A stretch of DNA of 64,000 nt. Source: an uncultured Actinomycetota bacterium. Lineage in GTDB: Bacteria; Actinomycetota; Actinomycetes; Mycobacteriales; QHCD01. The stretch's first letter is position 1; each line of letters begins with the position of its first letter. The notes under the pieces are model-generated. The model was not told the DNA's origin. It did not search any database and saw only the letters and a list, made by a program, of their open reading frames with translations. A program made the translations under genes and the position numbers. The stretch spans positions 320,846 through 384,845 of the forward strand of contig CAVZJT010000007.1 in NCBI GenBank assembly GCA_963775655.1, read 5' to 3'. Shown here piece by piece: positions 18,385 through 35,937 of this stretch.

Positions 18385-18685
18385 CGCTTGAACGTGACGT
18401 TCAAGCGCTCTATCCGCCTCAACGTGACGTTGATGCGGAATGGGCGGCCTGCGTTTGGCTTGAACGTGACGTTCAAGCCAAATGGGAGGGCCCGGAGCCG
18501 GCCACCGGGTCGACATCGTGCGCCGCACTCGCATCGACGGGGCAGATCTGCAAGTAGGACGCACGATGTCGCCCGGCACTCCGGCGTACGCCGACCTCGG
18601 CCCCCGTTCCACCTCAACGTGACGTTGATGCGAAGGGCGGCCCGCGTTTGGCTTGAACGTCACGTTGATGCCGAACGGGGGAGCT
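18385..18685. repeat. Cluster of five AACGTGACGTT-centred palindromes, including two ~75-nt direct repeats
   Basis: Palindromes are centred at 18396, 18426, 18468, 18621 and 18661, with arms of 11-14 bp. Units at about 18414-18488 and about 18609-18682 are close to 88% identical. Confidence 0.8.
18511..18571 (+). repeat. 61-nt hairpin repeat, family 1, copy 1
   Basis: CGACATCGTGCGCCGCACTCGCA - 15 nt - TGCAAGTAGGACGCACGATGTCG. Confidence 0.8.
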
Positions 18686-18725
18686 GGGGACGACGGTTGC
18701 GCGGGCGGTTCGGGGAGGGCTAATC

Positions 18726-18743
18726 TTCGAACACATGTTCGAA
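18726..18743. promoter_or_regulatory. Palindrome TTCGAAC-ACAT-GTTCGAA preceded by TAATCT
   Basis: Read directly. It sits immediately upstream of the HEPN-like gene. A role as operator or promoter is inferred only. Confidence 0.3.
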
Positions 18744-18770
18744 CGCCGCGTCCCCGGGGAGGGTGCCGAG

Positions 18771-21415
<2,645 letters not shown>

Positions 21416-21604
21416 CCGTGGTCGCGCGGTAGCTCGGGGGCACGGCCGGAAGGCAGATCTGCGCCCCCAGGTATCGTCGGGGACGAGTCGGGTATAGGTC
21501 ACCGATGGCATCGCCGTGGCCACGGCTCAGCGTGCGGGACATGGTTCTCGTGGGCGGGGGCCCCGTCACCCTCGGGGTCGACGATCAGACCAGGGAGTAG
21601 CTGT

Positions 21605-22858
21605 ATGAGACGAGCGTTCCGGACGAAGCGACGCGTGTTGGTGACCGGCGCGGCAGTGGCCGCGGCCGCCGCCCTCGCTCTCGCCGGCTGCTCCAGCGGC
21701 TCCGGAAACACCGCCTCCGGTCCGCAGAAGAGTTCCGGCAAGCAGGCGCAGAACAAGCAGGCCGACCACAAGGCCTCCGCGTCGCCGACGCCCTCCCCGA
21801 CGCCGGCCGCGGACGTGAGCATCAGCCCGCAGAACGCTCCGATGAACCCGACCGACCCCATCGTGGTGAAGGTCGACAAGGGCACGCTCAAGTCCGTCGT
21901 GGTCACCAACCCCAAGGGCAAGCAGGTCAGCGGCGCCTACGGCGCGGACAAGACCACCTGGTCGACCAACGAGCCGCTCGGCTACGCCAAGGCCTACGCG
22001 GTCAGCGCCGATGCCGTCGCGAAGAGCGGCGGCACCGTGCACCAGACCGGGACCGTGCACACCCTCTCGCCGCAGGCGCAGGCCTACCCGTCGTTCATCC
22101 CGCCGCCGAGTGAGACCGACGTCGGTATCGGCCAACCGATCGTCGTCCGGTTCGACCACCCCATCGCCGACAAGGCAGCGACCCAGAAGCGGCTCCAGGT
22201 CACCTCCACCCCGGCGCAGACCGGTGCCTGGTACTGGATCTCCAACACCGAGGTCCACTACCGCCCGGAGAAGTACTGGCAGCCCGGGACGACGATCAAA
22301 CTGCACGCCGGCATCTACGGCGTCGATCTCGGCGACGGCGTCTACGGCCAGACCGACCGCGACCTCACCCTGCACGTGCACGACTCGTGGATCGCCAAGG
22401 CCAATGGCGCGACCAAGCGCATGTGGATCTTCCACAACGGCAAGCTCGTGCAGAACATGCCGATCAGCCTGGGCACCACCAACACGCCGACCCACACCGG
22501 CATCCACGTGATCTCCGAGAAGTCCCAGAAGGTGATCATGGACTCGGCGACGTACGGCGTGAAGAAGGGCCAGCCCGGTTACTACCGCGAGTCGGTCTTC
22601 TGGGACGAGCGGATCTCCAACGACGGCGAGTTCGTGCACGCCGCGCCGTGGTCTACCGGCGAGCAGGGAGCCTCCAACGTCTCCCACGGCTGCGTGAACC
22701 TCTCCGTGCCCAACGCCCAGTGGTTCTACGCGCACTTCGGACCCGGCGACGTGGTCGAGGTGTCCAACTCCGGCGGCCCGCAGCTGCCGGTCTACGACAC
22801 CTACGGCGACTGGTCGGTGCCGTGGTCGACCTGGTCGGCGGGCAACACCAACAGCTGA
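21605..22858 (+). CDS. L,D-transpeptidase lipoprotein (YkuD domain, LdtMt2-like)
   Basis: Lipobox LALAGC. The C-terminus has ..HAAPWSTGEQGASNVSHGCVNLS.., the catalytic motif. Confidence 0.85.
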   Translation: MRRAFRTKRRVLVTGAAVAAAAALALAGCSSGSGNTASGPQKSSGKQAQNKQADHKASASPTPSPTPAADVSISPQNAPMNPTDPIVVKVDKGTLKSVVVTNPKGKQVSGAYGADKTTWSTNEPLGYAKAYAVSADAVAKSGGTVHQTGTVHTLSPQAQAYPSFIPPPSETDVGIGQPIVVRFDHPIADKAATQKRLQVTSTPAQTGAWYWISNTEVHYRPEKYWQPGTTIKLHAGIYGVDLGDGVYGQTDRDLTLHVHDSWIAKANGATKRMWIFHNGKLVQNMPISLGTTNTPTHTGIHVISEKSQKVIMDSATYGVKKGQPGYYRESVFWDERISNDGEFVHAAPWSTGEQGASNVSHGCVNLSVPNAQWFYAHFGPGDVVEVSNSGGPQLPVYDTYGDWSVPWSTWSAGNTNS

Positions 22859-22876
22859 GGTCGCGCCCGCGTCACC

Positions 22877-23560
22877 TCAGAGCGCGCACCGGCCGTCGCT
22901 GATGGTCAGGCCGATGCCGGCGAGGTGCGCGAGTCGGGCCACCTCGCTGGGCCGGAACGTCGGCCCGCCCGGCCGGCCGACCACGAGCACGTGCTCGGAC
23001 CCGTCGAACGGGACGCCCATCAGGTCGGTCTCCATCGCGACGAACGAGTCCGGCAACACGTCGGTGTCCGGGTCGAGGATGCGGGCCCGGTCGAAGGCCC
23101 CGGGGCCGAAATCGTCGAGGACCTTGCCCGGGTCGGCCGGCGCCGGCTTGCTCACCGCCTCGACCACGGCCTGGTCGGCACCGGTACGGCGGACCACCAG
23201 GCACCAGCCGGCCCGGAAGATCCGCGGGACACCGGCGACCAGTTGCCCGATCGCCCGTGCGGGGTCGCCGGTCATCGCCTCGATCAGCTCCAGCTCGCGC
23301 TGGGTGTCCAGGGCGCCGGCGTAGACCCGGATCGACTCGACCCGCACGTCCGCGACTGCTCCGGCCGCAGTCACCAGCGTGTCCGGCAACCGCCCGTCGG
23401 GAAGTTCGACGACGAGGTCGTCGACCGCGGCTCCGGGTGTCCGCTCCACGACGTCGAGGCTGATGATGTCGGCGTCGACCGACCCGAGGGCGGTCGCGAC
23501 CGCGCCCAGCATGCCGGGCCGGTCGGGGAGCACGACCCGCAGCAGAAACGTCGAGACCAC
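22877..23560 (-). CDS. ACT domain-containing protein (Rv3013-like)
   Basis: N-terminal ACT fold (LLRVVLPDRPGMLGAVATALG). It occupies a conserved position next to gatC/ligA. Confidence 0.65.
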   Translation of the reverse strand: MVSTFLLRVVLPDRPGMLGAVATALGSVDADIISLDVVERTPGAAVDDLVVELPDGRLPDTLVTAAGAVADVRVESIRVYAGALDTQRELELIEAMTGDPARAIGQLVAGVPRIFRAGWCLVVRRTGADQAVVEAVSKPAPADPGKVLDDFGPGAFDRARILDPDTDVLPDSFVAMETDLMGVPFDGSEHVLVVGRPGGPTFRPSEVARLAHLAGIGLTISDGRCAL

Positions 23561-23562
23561 CG

Positions 23563-24459
23563 CTAGAGCACCAGGCCGATGGTCAGCAGGATGCCGAACG
23601 CGAGTTCCAACTGGCCGGTCGCGACCAGCGTCGCCACCAGATCGCGACCGGTGTCACCGCGCACCACCCGGCGCACCGGATTCACCGCGACAGGTATCGC
23701 GAGCAGGCCGACCGCCGCCCACGGGTGGATCACCGCCGCGACGATGACGAAGCCGAACGCGACGACGATGCACGCGACGTATCCGATCCGGGTACGCCGG
23801 TCGCCCAGTAGCACCGCCAGCGTGCGCTTGCCGACCTCCCGGTCGCGGGGGATGTCGCGGAGGTTGTTGGCGACCAGGACCGCCACCGCCAGCAGGCCGC
23901 ACGGTACGGCGCAGACCACGGCGAGCGCGCTCACGTGCGGCGGTGAGGAAGCGACGTACGCCGTACCGATGACGGCGACCAGGCCGAAGAAGACGAACAC
24001 CGCGAGATCGCCGAGCCCGCGGTAGCCGTAGGGCCGCGACCCGCCGGTGTAGAACCAGGCCGCGGCGATGCTGGCGGCCCCGACCAGGACGAGCCACCAC
24101 GACGTGACCGCGGCCAGGGCCAGGCCCACCGCGCCGGCGACGGCGAAAGACAGCAGTGCACCGGTCAGCACCCGGCGCGGCGACGCCAGGCCGGAGGCGG
24201 TCAGCCGCACCGGGCCGACCCGGTCGGCGTCGGTGCCGCGGACCCCGTCGCTGTAGTCGTTGGAGTAGTTGACGCCGATCTGCAGGGCGACCGACACGAC
24301 CAGAGCGGCCGCGGCGCGCCACCAGGCCAGCGGGCCGGCCGTCGCGGCCACCCCGCTGCCGACCAGCACCGGAACGACCGAGGCCGGCAACGTGCGGGGG
24401 CGGGCACCGGCCACCCACGCGGCGATGCCGGACGGCAGCGGCGAGGAGGTGCTACTCAT
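23563..24459 (-). CDS. menA: 1,4-dihydroxy-2-naphthoate polyprenyltransferase
   Basis: UbiA-family membrane protein with NDYSDGVRGTD and ..NNLRDI.RD...GKRTLAV. Confidence 0.85.
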   Translation of the reverse strand: MSSTSSPLPSGIAAWVAGARPRTLPASVVPVLVGSGVAATAGPLAWWRAAAALVVSVALQIGVNYSNDYSDGVRGTDADRVGPVRLTASGLASPRRVLTGALLSFAVAGAVGLALAAVTSWWLVLVGAASIAAAWFYTGGSRPYGYRGLGDLAVFVFFGLVAVIGTAYVASSPPHVSALAVVCAVPCGLLAVAVLVANNLRDIPRDREVGKRTLAVLLGDRRTRIGYVACIVVAFGFVIVAAVIHPWAAVGLLAIPVAVNPVRRVVRGDTGRDLVATLVATGQLELAFGILLTIGLVL

Positions 24460-24539
24460 GACCCCATCCTGCCTGGCCGCTCCGGGCGGCGCTGCCGTGG
24501 GTGAAACCTCGCCGCAAGGCCCGCCGTAGACTCGGGCCC

Positions 24540-24851
24540 ATGCCCGACGCCCCCGCAGGCATCACCCGTGATGAGGTGGCCAACCTCGCGCACCTCGCCC
24601 GGCTCGCCGTCACCGACGAGGAGCTGGACGTCTTCGCCGGCCAGCTCGACGTGATCCTCGGCGCGGTCGCGCGGGTCGGCGAGGTCGTGGCCGCCGACAT
24701 ACCTCCCACGTCGCACGTCGTGCCGTTGACCAACGTCGCGCGACCGGACGTGGTCACGCCGTCGCTCCCGCGCGACGCCGTGCTCGCGGCGGCACCAGCG
24801 GTGGAGGACCACCGCTTCCGGGTGCCGCGGATCCTCGACGAGGAAGGCTGA
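24540..24851 (+). CDS. gatC: Asp/Glu-tRNA amidotransferase subunit C
   Basis: Contains [27 protein letters not shown]. Confidence 0.9.
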   Translation: MPDAPAGITRDEVANLAHLARLAVTDEELDVFAGQLDVILGAVARVGEVVAADIPPTSHVVPLTNVARPDVVTPSLPRDAVLAAAPAVEDHRFRVPRILDEEG

Positions 24852-24855
24852 CCGG

Positions 24856-26352
24856 GTGCCCGACCTGATCCGTGCCACCGCGGCCGCGACCGCCGCCGCG
24901 ATCGCGAGCGGCGAGGTGTCCGCCGTCGAGGTCACCCAGGGCCATCTCGATCGGATCTCGGCGGTCGACGACCGGGTCCACGCGTTCCTGCACGTCGACG
25001 CCGACGGCGCCCTCGCCGCCGCCAAGATCGTCGACGAGCGACGCGCGGCCGGCGAGTCGGCCGGACCGCTGGCCGGCGTACCGCTCGCGCTCAAGGACGT
25101 GATCGTCACCGCCGGCCTGCCCACCACCTGCGGGTCGCGCATCCTCGACGGCTGGATCCCGCCGTACGACGCCACCATCACGACCAAGCTCCGCGCCGCC
25201 GGCGTCGTCGTACTCGGCAAGTCCAACATGGACGAGTTCGCGATGGGTTCCTCGACGGAGAACTCCGCGTTCGGGCCGAGCCACAACCCGTGGGACCTGG
25301 CCCGGGTGCCGGGCGGGTCCTCGGGCGGCTCCTCCGCCGCGGTCGCCGCCTACGAAGCGCCGCTGGGCATCGGCACCGACACCGGGGGATCGATCCGCCA
25401 GCCGGCCGCGGTCTGCGGGCTGGTCGGTCACAAGCCGACCTACGGCGGCGTGTCCCGCTTCGGCCTGGTCGCCTTCTCCAGCAGCCTCGACCAGGCCGGC
25501 CCGCTCGCGCGCACAGTCCTCGACGCCGCGCTGCTGCACGAGGTGATCGGCGGCCACGACCCGGCCGACTCCACCAGCATCGACGCCCCGCTGCCGGCGC
25601 TGGCCGACGCCGCCCGGCGCGGTGCGGCGGGCGACCTGTCCGGCGTACGGGTCGGCGTCGTCACCGAGCTCGGCGGCGCGGGCTACCAGCCGGCCGTCAC
25701 GCAGCGGTTCACCGAGGCGGTGGCGGTGCTCGAGTCACTCGGCGCCACGGTCCGCGAGGTGTCCTGCCCGCACTTCGGCTACGGGCTGCCGGCCTACTAC
25801 CTGATCGCGCCCAGCGAGGCCTCGTCCAACCTGGCCCGCTTCGACGGAGTGCGCTACGGCCTGCGGGTCGGCGACGACGGGCAGGCGAGCCTCGAAGAGG
25901 TCATGTCGATGACCCGGGACGCGGGCTTCGGTGCGGAGGTCAAGCGCCGGATCATCCTCGGCACCTACGCGCTCTCCGCCGGCTACTACGACGCCTACTA
26001 CGGCCAGGCGCAGAAGGTCCGCACCCTCATCAGCCGTGACTTCGACGCCGCCTTCGAGGACTGCGACGTGCTCGTGTCGCCGACCACGCCGACGGTGGCG
26101 TTCCCGATCGGTGAGCGGATCGACGACCCGATGGCCATGTACGCCGCCGACCTCGCGACCCTGCCGGCGTCGCTGGCCGGCGTACCGGCAATCTCCGTCC
26201 CCTGCGGCCGGTCCGAGGGCCTGCCGGTGGGACTGCAGATCATGGCGCCGGCGCAGGCCGACGACCGGTGCTACTTCGTCGGGGCGGCCTTCGAGGCGGC
26301 GGCCGACGCCAGCCGCGGCCATCCCCTCCTCGACGAGGCGCCGGCACTGTGA
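24856..26352 (+). CDS. gatA: Asp/Glu-tRNA amidotransferase subunit A
   Basis: Amidase signature [25 protein letters not shown]. Confidence 0.9.
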   Translation: MPDLIRATAAATAAAIASGEVSAVEVTQGHLDRISAVDDRVHAFLHVDADGALAAAKIVDERRAAGESAGPLAGVPLALKDVIVTAGLPTTCGSRILDGWIPPYDATITTKLRAAGVVVLGKSNMDEFAMGSSTENSAFGPSHNPWDLARVPGGSSGGSSAAVAAYEAPLGIGTDTGGSIRQPAAVCGLVGHKPTYGGVSRFGLVAFSSSLDQAGPLARTVLDAALLHEVIGGHDPADSTSIDAPLPALADAARRGAAGDLSGVRVGVVTELGGAGYQPAVTQRFTEAVAVLESLGATVREVSCPHFGYGLPAYYLIAPSEASSNLARFDGVRYGLRVGDDGQASLEEVMSMTRDAGFGAEVKRRIILGTYALSAGYYDAYYGQAQKVRTLISRDFDAAFEDCDVLVSPTTPTVAFPIGERIDDPMAMYAADLATLPASLAGVPAISVPCGRSEGLPVGLQIMAPAQADDRCYFVGAAFEAAADASRGHPLLDEAPAL

Positions 26353-26588
26353 GCGCGACGCCGGACAACGAGCCTCAGGTCGGGCCCCGGGTCAAACGCC
26401 CGACGCGTCTGGTCAGTGCGCGCGAGGTCACCCTGGTGGTCTTCATCATGGGCTTCCTCGTCTCGGTCGGTGTCGGCGTCATCCTCTCCTCCGCCGAGGC
26501 CGCGACCACCGCCCTCATCGTCACCGTCGTCGTCTGCGCCGCGGTCTTCGCCATCGTGTCGCTGACCCGGGCTCGGAAGGCGTCATGA
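26349..26588 (+). CDS. Small two-TM membrane protein inserted between gatA and gatB
   Basis: 79 codons with high GC3. GTGA overlap with the gatA stop and ATGA overlap with the gatB start. Two hydrophobic helices. Confidence 0.5.
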   Translation: MSATPDNEPQVGPRVKRPTRLVSAREVTLVVFIMGFLVSVGVGVILSSAEAATTALIVTVVVCAAVFAIVSLTRARKAS

Positions 26589-28084
26589 CCATCACCCTCC
26601 CGACGTACGACGACGTCAACGCCCGCTACGAGCCGGTGATCGGGCTGGAGACGCACGTCGAGCTGGGCACCGCGTCGAAGATGTTCTGCGGCTGCTCGAC
26701 GACGTTCGGCGCCGAGCCCAACACCCAGACCTGCCCGGTCTGCCTCGGGCTGCCCGGCAGCCTGCCGGTGATCAACGCCAAGGCGGTCGACTTCGCCATG
26801 CGCATCGGGCTGGCGCTGCACTGCTCGATCGCGACGTGGTGCCGGTTCGCCCGGAAGAACTACTTCTACCCGGACATGCCGAAGAACTATCAGATCAGCC
26901 AGTACGACGAGCCGCTGTGCACCGACGGATGGCTCGACGTCGACGTCGAGGGAACGACCTACCGCATCGGGATCGAGCGGGTGCACATGGAGGAGGACAC
27001 CGGCAAGTCGCTGCACGTCGGCGGCGCGACCGGGCGGATCCACGGTGCGACGCACTCCCTCGTCGACTACAACCGGGCCGGCATCCCGCTCGTCGAGATC
27101 GTCACCAAGCCGATACCCGGCATCGGCGACCATGCCCCGCAGGTGGCCCGCACCTACGTCACCGAACTGCGCGACATCCTGCGCACTCTCGACGTCTCCG
27201 ACGTACGGATGGAACAGGGCAGCCTGCGCTGTGACGTCAACACCTCCCTCGCGCCGCGCGGCGCGGAGTGGGGCACTCGGACCGAGACGAAGAACGTCAA
27301 CTCGCTGCGCTCGGTCGAGCGCGCGGTGCGGTTCGAGATGCTGCGCCAGGCGGCCCTTCTCGACGCGGGCGACCGGATCGTGCAGGAGACCCGGCACTTC
27401 CACGAGGACAGCGGAGAGACCACCTCCGGCCGGAGCAAGGAAGAGGCCACCGACTACCGGTATCTGCCGGAGCCGGACCTCGTGCCGCTGGCGCCCGATC
27501 CGGCCGTGGTGGAGAAGATCCGCGCCGAGCTGCCGGAGCTCCCGGCCACCCGTCGGGCCCGGCTCGGCGCCGAGCTCGGTGCCTCGCCGGAACACATGCA
27601 GGCGATGGCCAACGCGGGCGTCGTCGACCTCGTCGCGGCGACGGTGACCGCGGGCGCGTCGATCGACGACGCGCGCAACTGGTGGCTGGGCTACCTCGCG
27701 CAGAAGGCCAACGCCGCCGAGATCGAGCCGGCCGAGCTGACCATCACCCCCGACCAGGTCGCCCGGGTGATCGAGCTGATCTCCGACGGGTCGCTGTCCA
27801 CGGGGCTGGCCCGACAGGCCGTCGACGGGGTTCTCGAGACCGGCCGCGACCCCGACGAGGTGGTCATCGAGCGTGGACTGCGCCGGGTCACCGACACCGA
27901 CGCGCTCGGCGCGGCGGTCGACGCGGCCATCGCAGGGCAGCCCGACGTCGCGGAGAAGATCCGCGGCGGCAAGGTCGCGGCCGCCGGCGCGCTCGTCGGA
28001 GCAGTGATGAAGGCCACCCGCGGGCAGGCCGACGCCACCGTCGTCAGGCAGCTGATCCTCACCCGGCTCGGCGTCGACGCCTGA
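26585..28084 (+). CDS. gatB: Asp/Glu-tRNA amidotransferase subunit B
   Basis: Contains ..IGLETHVEL...KMFC.C...PNT..CPVCLG.PG.LP..NYFYPD.PK.YQISQ.. Confidence 0.9.
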   Translation: MTITLPTYDDVNARYEPVIGLETHVELGTASKMFCGCSTTFGAEPNTQTCPVCLGLPGSLPVINAKAVDFAMRIGLALHCSIATWCRFARKNYFYPDMPKNYQISQYDEPLCTDGWLDVDVEGTTYRIGIERVHMEEDTGKSLHVGGATGRIHGATHSLVDYNRAGIPLVEIVTKPIPGIGDHAPQVARTYVTELRDILRTLDVSDVRMEQGSLRCDVNTSLAPRGAEWGTRTETKNVNSLRSVERAVRFEMLRQAALLDAGDRIVQETRHFHEDSGETTSGRSKEEATDYRYLPEPDLVPLAPDPAVVEKIRAELPELPATRRARLGAELGASPEHMQAMANAGVVDLVAATVTAGASIDDARNWWLGYLAQKANAAEIEPAELTITPDQVARVIELISDGSLSTGLARQAVDGVLETGRDPDEVVIERGLRRVTDTDALGAAVDAAIAGQPDVAEKIRGGKVAAAGALVGAVMKATRGQADATVVRQLILTRLGVDA

Positions 28085-28108
28085 CGTCGCGCCCGCCGGG
28101 CCGACGGA

Positions 28109-31231
<3,123 letters not shown>

Positions 31232-31278
31232 TCACCGTAGTCGACGGGCGGACGGGGGAGAACCTCCCGTCGGTCCCG

Positions 31279-32509
31279 TTAGAGCGGCGACATGGTCGTT
31301 CCCGACGGCGGCAGGATGCGCAGCACCCGGTCGTCGAGAACGGTGGGGTGGCCGTGCCCGTCGCGGTTGGACGTGGTGACCCACAGCGCCCCGTCCGGCG
31401 CCGCCACGACGCTCCGCAGCCGCCCGTACACGCGGGTCAACAGGCTGCGGGCGGCGCCGGTCGGTCGTCCCGCCGTGTCGAGCGGGACGCTCAGCAGTCG
31501 CTGCCCGGTGAGTGCCCCGACGAAGAGCCCGTAGCCGAGCACCGCGCAACCACCCGGGGAGGCCTGGGCGGCGGGGAAGGTGACGAGCGGGTCGACCAGC
31601 CCGCGGCGCCGGGCCGCCCTCTCCGCCCGCGGCCAGCCGTAGTCTTTGCCGGGCCGGACCAGGTCGATCTCGTCGGTCCGGCGGGCGGCCGAGTCGGTCG
31701 CGTACAACTCCTTGCGCTGGTTCCAGCACAGCCCGAGCACATCGTGGAAGCCGGATGCGAAGACGGGGGAGCCGGGGACCGGGTTGCGCGGCGCGGGCTT
31801 GCCGAAGACGGTGATCCGCAGCACCTTTCCGGCGAGGCTGTGCCGGTCGCCCGCCAGCGCCGGATTGCCGGCGTCACCGGTGCCGACGTAGAGGTCGCCG
31901 TCAGGGCCGAAGGCGATACGTCCGCCGTCATCGCCGCGACCCCGTGGGATCCCGGTGAAGATCGGGGTGGGGGTGCCGCCCAGGGGGAACCGGATGATTC
32001 GGTCGTCGCGGGCGGTGCTGACGTAGGCGTAGACCAGCCCGTCCTCCTGGTACGCCGGCGAAACCGCGAGGCCGAGCAGGCCGCCGTCGCCCCGGGTGAC
32101 CAGATGGTGGATCACCATGACCTCGTGGACCGGCCCCGGGTTCGGCTGCACCTGCAGGATCCGGCCGGTGTCCCGTTCTCCGACGAGGGCGGAGCCGTCG
32201 GGGAGCAGCGCCAGACCCCACGGCGCGGCCAGTCCCTGGGCGACGACATTGGGGTCGCCCTTCCCGCCGGATCGGCCCGGCGGCAGGCCGGGGTTGCCGG
32301 GGCCGGGGTTACCCGGGCTGCCCGGGGGTCTGGCCGGGCACCTGTGGGTCGACCGCCGGCGGCGGGCCGGTCACCTGCGAGGACCAGGTGCGCGACGCCG
32401 AGGGCTGCCCGCCGAACAGGCCACATCCCGCGAGGAGCGCGACGCAGGCGGCGACGGCCAGCAACCGGACGGCGAAACGTCGGCCCCCGGGTGCGCCACC
32501 GGTCCTCAT
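31279..32509 (-). pseudogene. PQQ-dependent sugar (glucose/sorbosone) dehydrogenase lipoprotein, frame broken once (about 32306-32316)
   Basis: The signal/lipobox part (MRTGG..LLAGCGLF..PGQTPGQPG*) is in one frame. The beta-propeller body (NPGPGNPG..APWGLALLPDGSALVGERDTGRI..) is in the next frame. The break lies in a CCCGGG-rich run and behaves as one extra base. Confidence 0.65.
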
Positions 32510-32705
32510 CGGACCACGCCCATGTCGTGTCCCCCGACCCTGCCGCGGCGCGGTTCCGTCGTCTCCGCAGCTCGCACGCGCCCGCGGCCTCAGGGTACGG
32601 CGCGGCGGTGACCCGCACGGGGTTATCCACCGGCCAGGACCGGCTCGGGGACGGGGCCGGTGGTCGGCGGATCGACCGGTCGGCGCGGACGGTAGTTTTT
32701 GCGGC

Positions 32706-33619
<914 letters not shown>

Positions 33620-33626
<7 letters not shown>

Positions 33627-34078
33627 GCCGGCCGCTCCTGAGCCGACGGCTCCTGGGCCGATGGCGATTCGCGCGACGGCTCCTCCTGCTTACCGCCCTC
33701 GCGCGCCGTGACGTCGGGCACCCGCCCGCCGCTCACCGCCGCGATCGCCGGAAGGTCGCGGGCCCGCACCAGCGGCATCCGCAGCAACTCCCCGTCGGAG
33801 AGCACGAGCCGGACCCTGCGGGCACCCTGCATCGACAACCCGCGGACCTCGTCCCAGCCGACCCGGCGGACCCCGAACAGGGCGCGCACCGTGACGCCGT
33901 CGGAGTCGATGTCGGTGCCGACCCGGTAGATCCACAGCACCGCGAGGGCGGGAGCCAGATAGAGGACGAGCAGCCACGACCGGACGAACGCCAGCGGGGT
34001 GACGCCGAAGATGAGGAAGAGGACCGCGAGCAGCGCCGTGCGGTTGGTACGCAACCGCAGTACGCCGGGGGAGGTCAC
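33620..34078 (-). CDS. Membrane-anchored bacterial PH-domain protein (Cfp6/Rv3004-like)
   Basis: Two TM helices followed by ..DSDGVTVRALFGVRRVGWDEV... Its position next to ilvBNC matches mycobacteria. The start is uncertain (GTG 34078 or ATG 34159). Confidence 0.5.
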
Positions 34079-34245
34079 CTGCCCATGGTCGCAGAGGGCT
34101 GACGGCGCCGGGGCGGGCAGCCCCTGCCGGTGCCGTGCGGGCCGCTCCGCGCGGGGCACTAGGCTGATCGCACCGCTCTGGCCGCCCGGCTGCCGCCTCG
34201 ACTCGGAGGTCCGGCCGCCCTACCCGTCGACTCAAGGAACGCGTC

Positions 34246-35928
34246 GTGCCCCCACAGCAGCACCGGAAGCCACGCAGCCACGAAGTCACCGACGGCATGC
34301 AACGTGCCGGGGCGCGCGCGATGCTCCGCGCCGTCGGGATGACCGACGACGACTGGGGAAAGCCGCAGGTCGGCGTGGCGTCGTCCTGGAACGAGATCAC
34401 CCCGTGCAACCTGTCGCTCTCCCGGCTCGCCCAGCGGGCCAAGGAGGGTGTCCGGGGCGCCGACGGGTTCCCGATGGAGTTCGGCACGATCTCGGTCTCC
34501 GACGGCATCTCGATGGGCCACGAGGGCATGCGCGCCTCGCTCGTCAGCCGCGAGGTGATCGCCGACTCGGTCGAGACCGTCGTCTTCGCCGAGCGGCTCG
34601 ACGGGATGGTCCTGCTCGCCGGCTGTGACAAGTCCTTGCCCGGCATGCTGATGGCGGCCGCCCGCCTCGACCTGGCGGCGGTCTTCCTCTACGCCGGCAC
34701 GACCCTGCCCGGGCATCTCGACGGCCGGGATCTCACCATCATCGACGCGTTCGAAGGTGTCGGAGCCTGCGCCATGGGCCGGATCACCCGCGATCAGCTC
34801 GACGACATCGAACGCCACGCCTGCCCCGGCGAAGGTGCCTGCGGCGGGATGTACACCGCCAACACGATGGCCAGCGCCGCCGAGGCGATGGGGCTGTCCC
34901 TGCCGGGCAGCGCCGCGCCGCCGTCGGCGGACTCCCGACGCGACGTCTACGCCGAGCGCAGTGGCGAAGCGGTCGTCGCGCTGATCGACAACGGCATCAC
35001 CGCGCGCCAGATCCTCACCAAGGAGGCGTTCGAGAACGCGATCACGGTGGTGATGGCGCTCGGCGGCTCGACCAACGCCGTCCTGCACCTGCTGGCGATC
35101 GCCCACGAGGCCGGCGTACGACTCGACCTGGACGACTTCAACCGGGTCGGCGACCGCACCCCGCACCTCGCCGACGTCAAGCCGTTCGGTCGTTACGTCA
35201 TGAGCGACATCGACGGTGTCGGCGGCGTGCCCGTGGTGATGAAGGCACTGCTCGACGCCGGGCTGCTGCACGGCGACTGCCTCACCGTGACTGGACACAC
35301 GATCGCCGAAAACCTCGCGGAGATCGCGCCGCCCGACATCGACGGCACGATCGTCCGGTCGATGGCAAACCCGATCCACCGCACCGGGGGACTGACCGTG
35401 CTGACCGGATCGCTCGCCCCCGAGGGCGCCGTGGTCAAGAGCGCCGGCTTCGACAACGACACCTTCGAGGGAACGGCCCGGGTCTTCGACGGCGAAGCGG
35501 GCGCGATGGACGCCGTCACGCAGGGCACGCTGCGACCGGGCGATGTGATCGTGATCCGGTACGAAGGGCCCAAGGGCGGTCCGGGGATGCGCGAGATGCT
35601 GGCCGTCACCGGCGCGATCAAGGGCGCCGGCCTCGGCAAGGACGTGCTGCTGCTCACCGACGGGCGCTTCTCCGGCGGCACGACCGGGCTGTGCGTCGGA
35701 CACGTCGCTCCCGAGGCCGCGCACTGCGGCCCGATCGCGTTGATCCACGAGGGTGACCCGATCCGGCTCGATCTGCCGGCCCGTCGACTTGATCTGCTCG
35801 TCGACGACGACGAGCTGGCCCGTCGCCGGTCGGAGTGGAGCCCGGCCCCGGCGCGCTACCCGACCGGAGTGCTCGGCAAGTACGCGAAGCTCGTCGGATC
35901 GGCCGCGCAGGGCGCGGTCTGCGGGTAG
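34246..35928 (+). CDS. ilvD: Dihydroxy-acid dehydratase
   Basis: Contains ..[43 protein letters not shown].. Confidence 0.9.
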   Translation: MPPQQHRKPRSHEVTDGMQRAGARAMLRAVGMTDDDWGKPQVGVASSWNEITPCNLSLSRLAQRAKEGVRGADGFPMEFGTISVSDGISMGHEGMRASLVSREVIADSVETVVFAERLDGMVLLAGCDKSLPGMLMAAARLDLAAVFLYAGTTLPGHLDGRDLTIIDAFEGVGACAMGRITRDQLDDIERHACPGEGACGGMYTANTMASAAEAMGLSLPGSAAPPSADSRRDVYAERSGEAVVALIDNGITARQILTKEAFENAITVVMALGGSTNAVLHLLAIAHEAGVRLDLDDFNRVGDRTPHLADVKPFGRYVMSDIDGVGGVPVVMKALLDAGLLHGDCLTVTGHTIAENLAEIAPPDIDGTIVRSMANPIHRTGGLTVLTGSLAPEGAVVKSAGFDNDTFEGTARVFDGEAGAMDAVTQGTLRPGDVIVIRYEGPKGGPGMREMLAVTGAIKGAGLGKDVLLLTDGRFSGGTTGLCVGHVAPEAAHCGPIALIHEGDPIRLDLPARRLDLLVDDDELARRRSEWSPAPARYPTGVLGKYAKLVGSAAQGAVCG

Positions 35929-35937
35929 GGGACGAGG

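Noticed and set aside
18388-18723. 111-aa ORF with a reiterated NVTFK / NVTLM peptide motif
   Set aside because: The repeats are the translation of palindromic DNA elements, and the same words appear in the opposite-strand ORFs. The rest is Arg/Gly-rich, and no ribosome-binding site is present. I treat it as non-coding repeat DNA.
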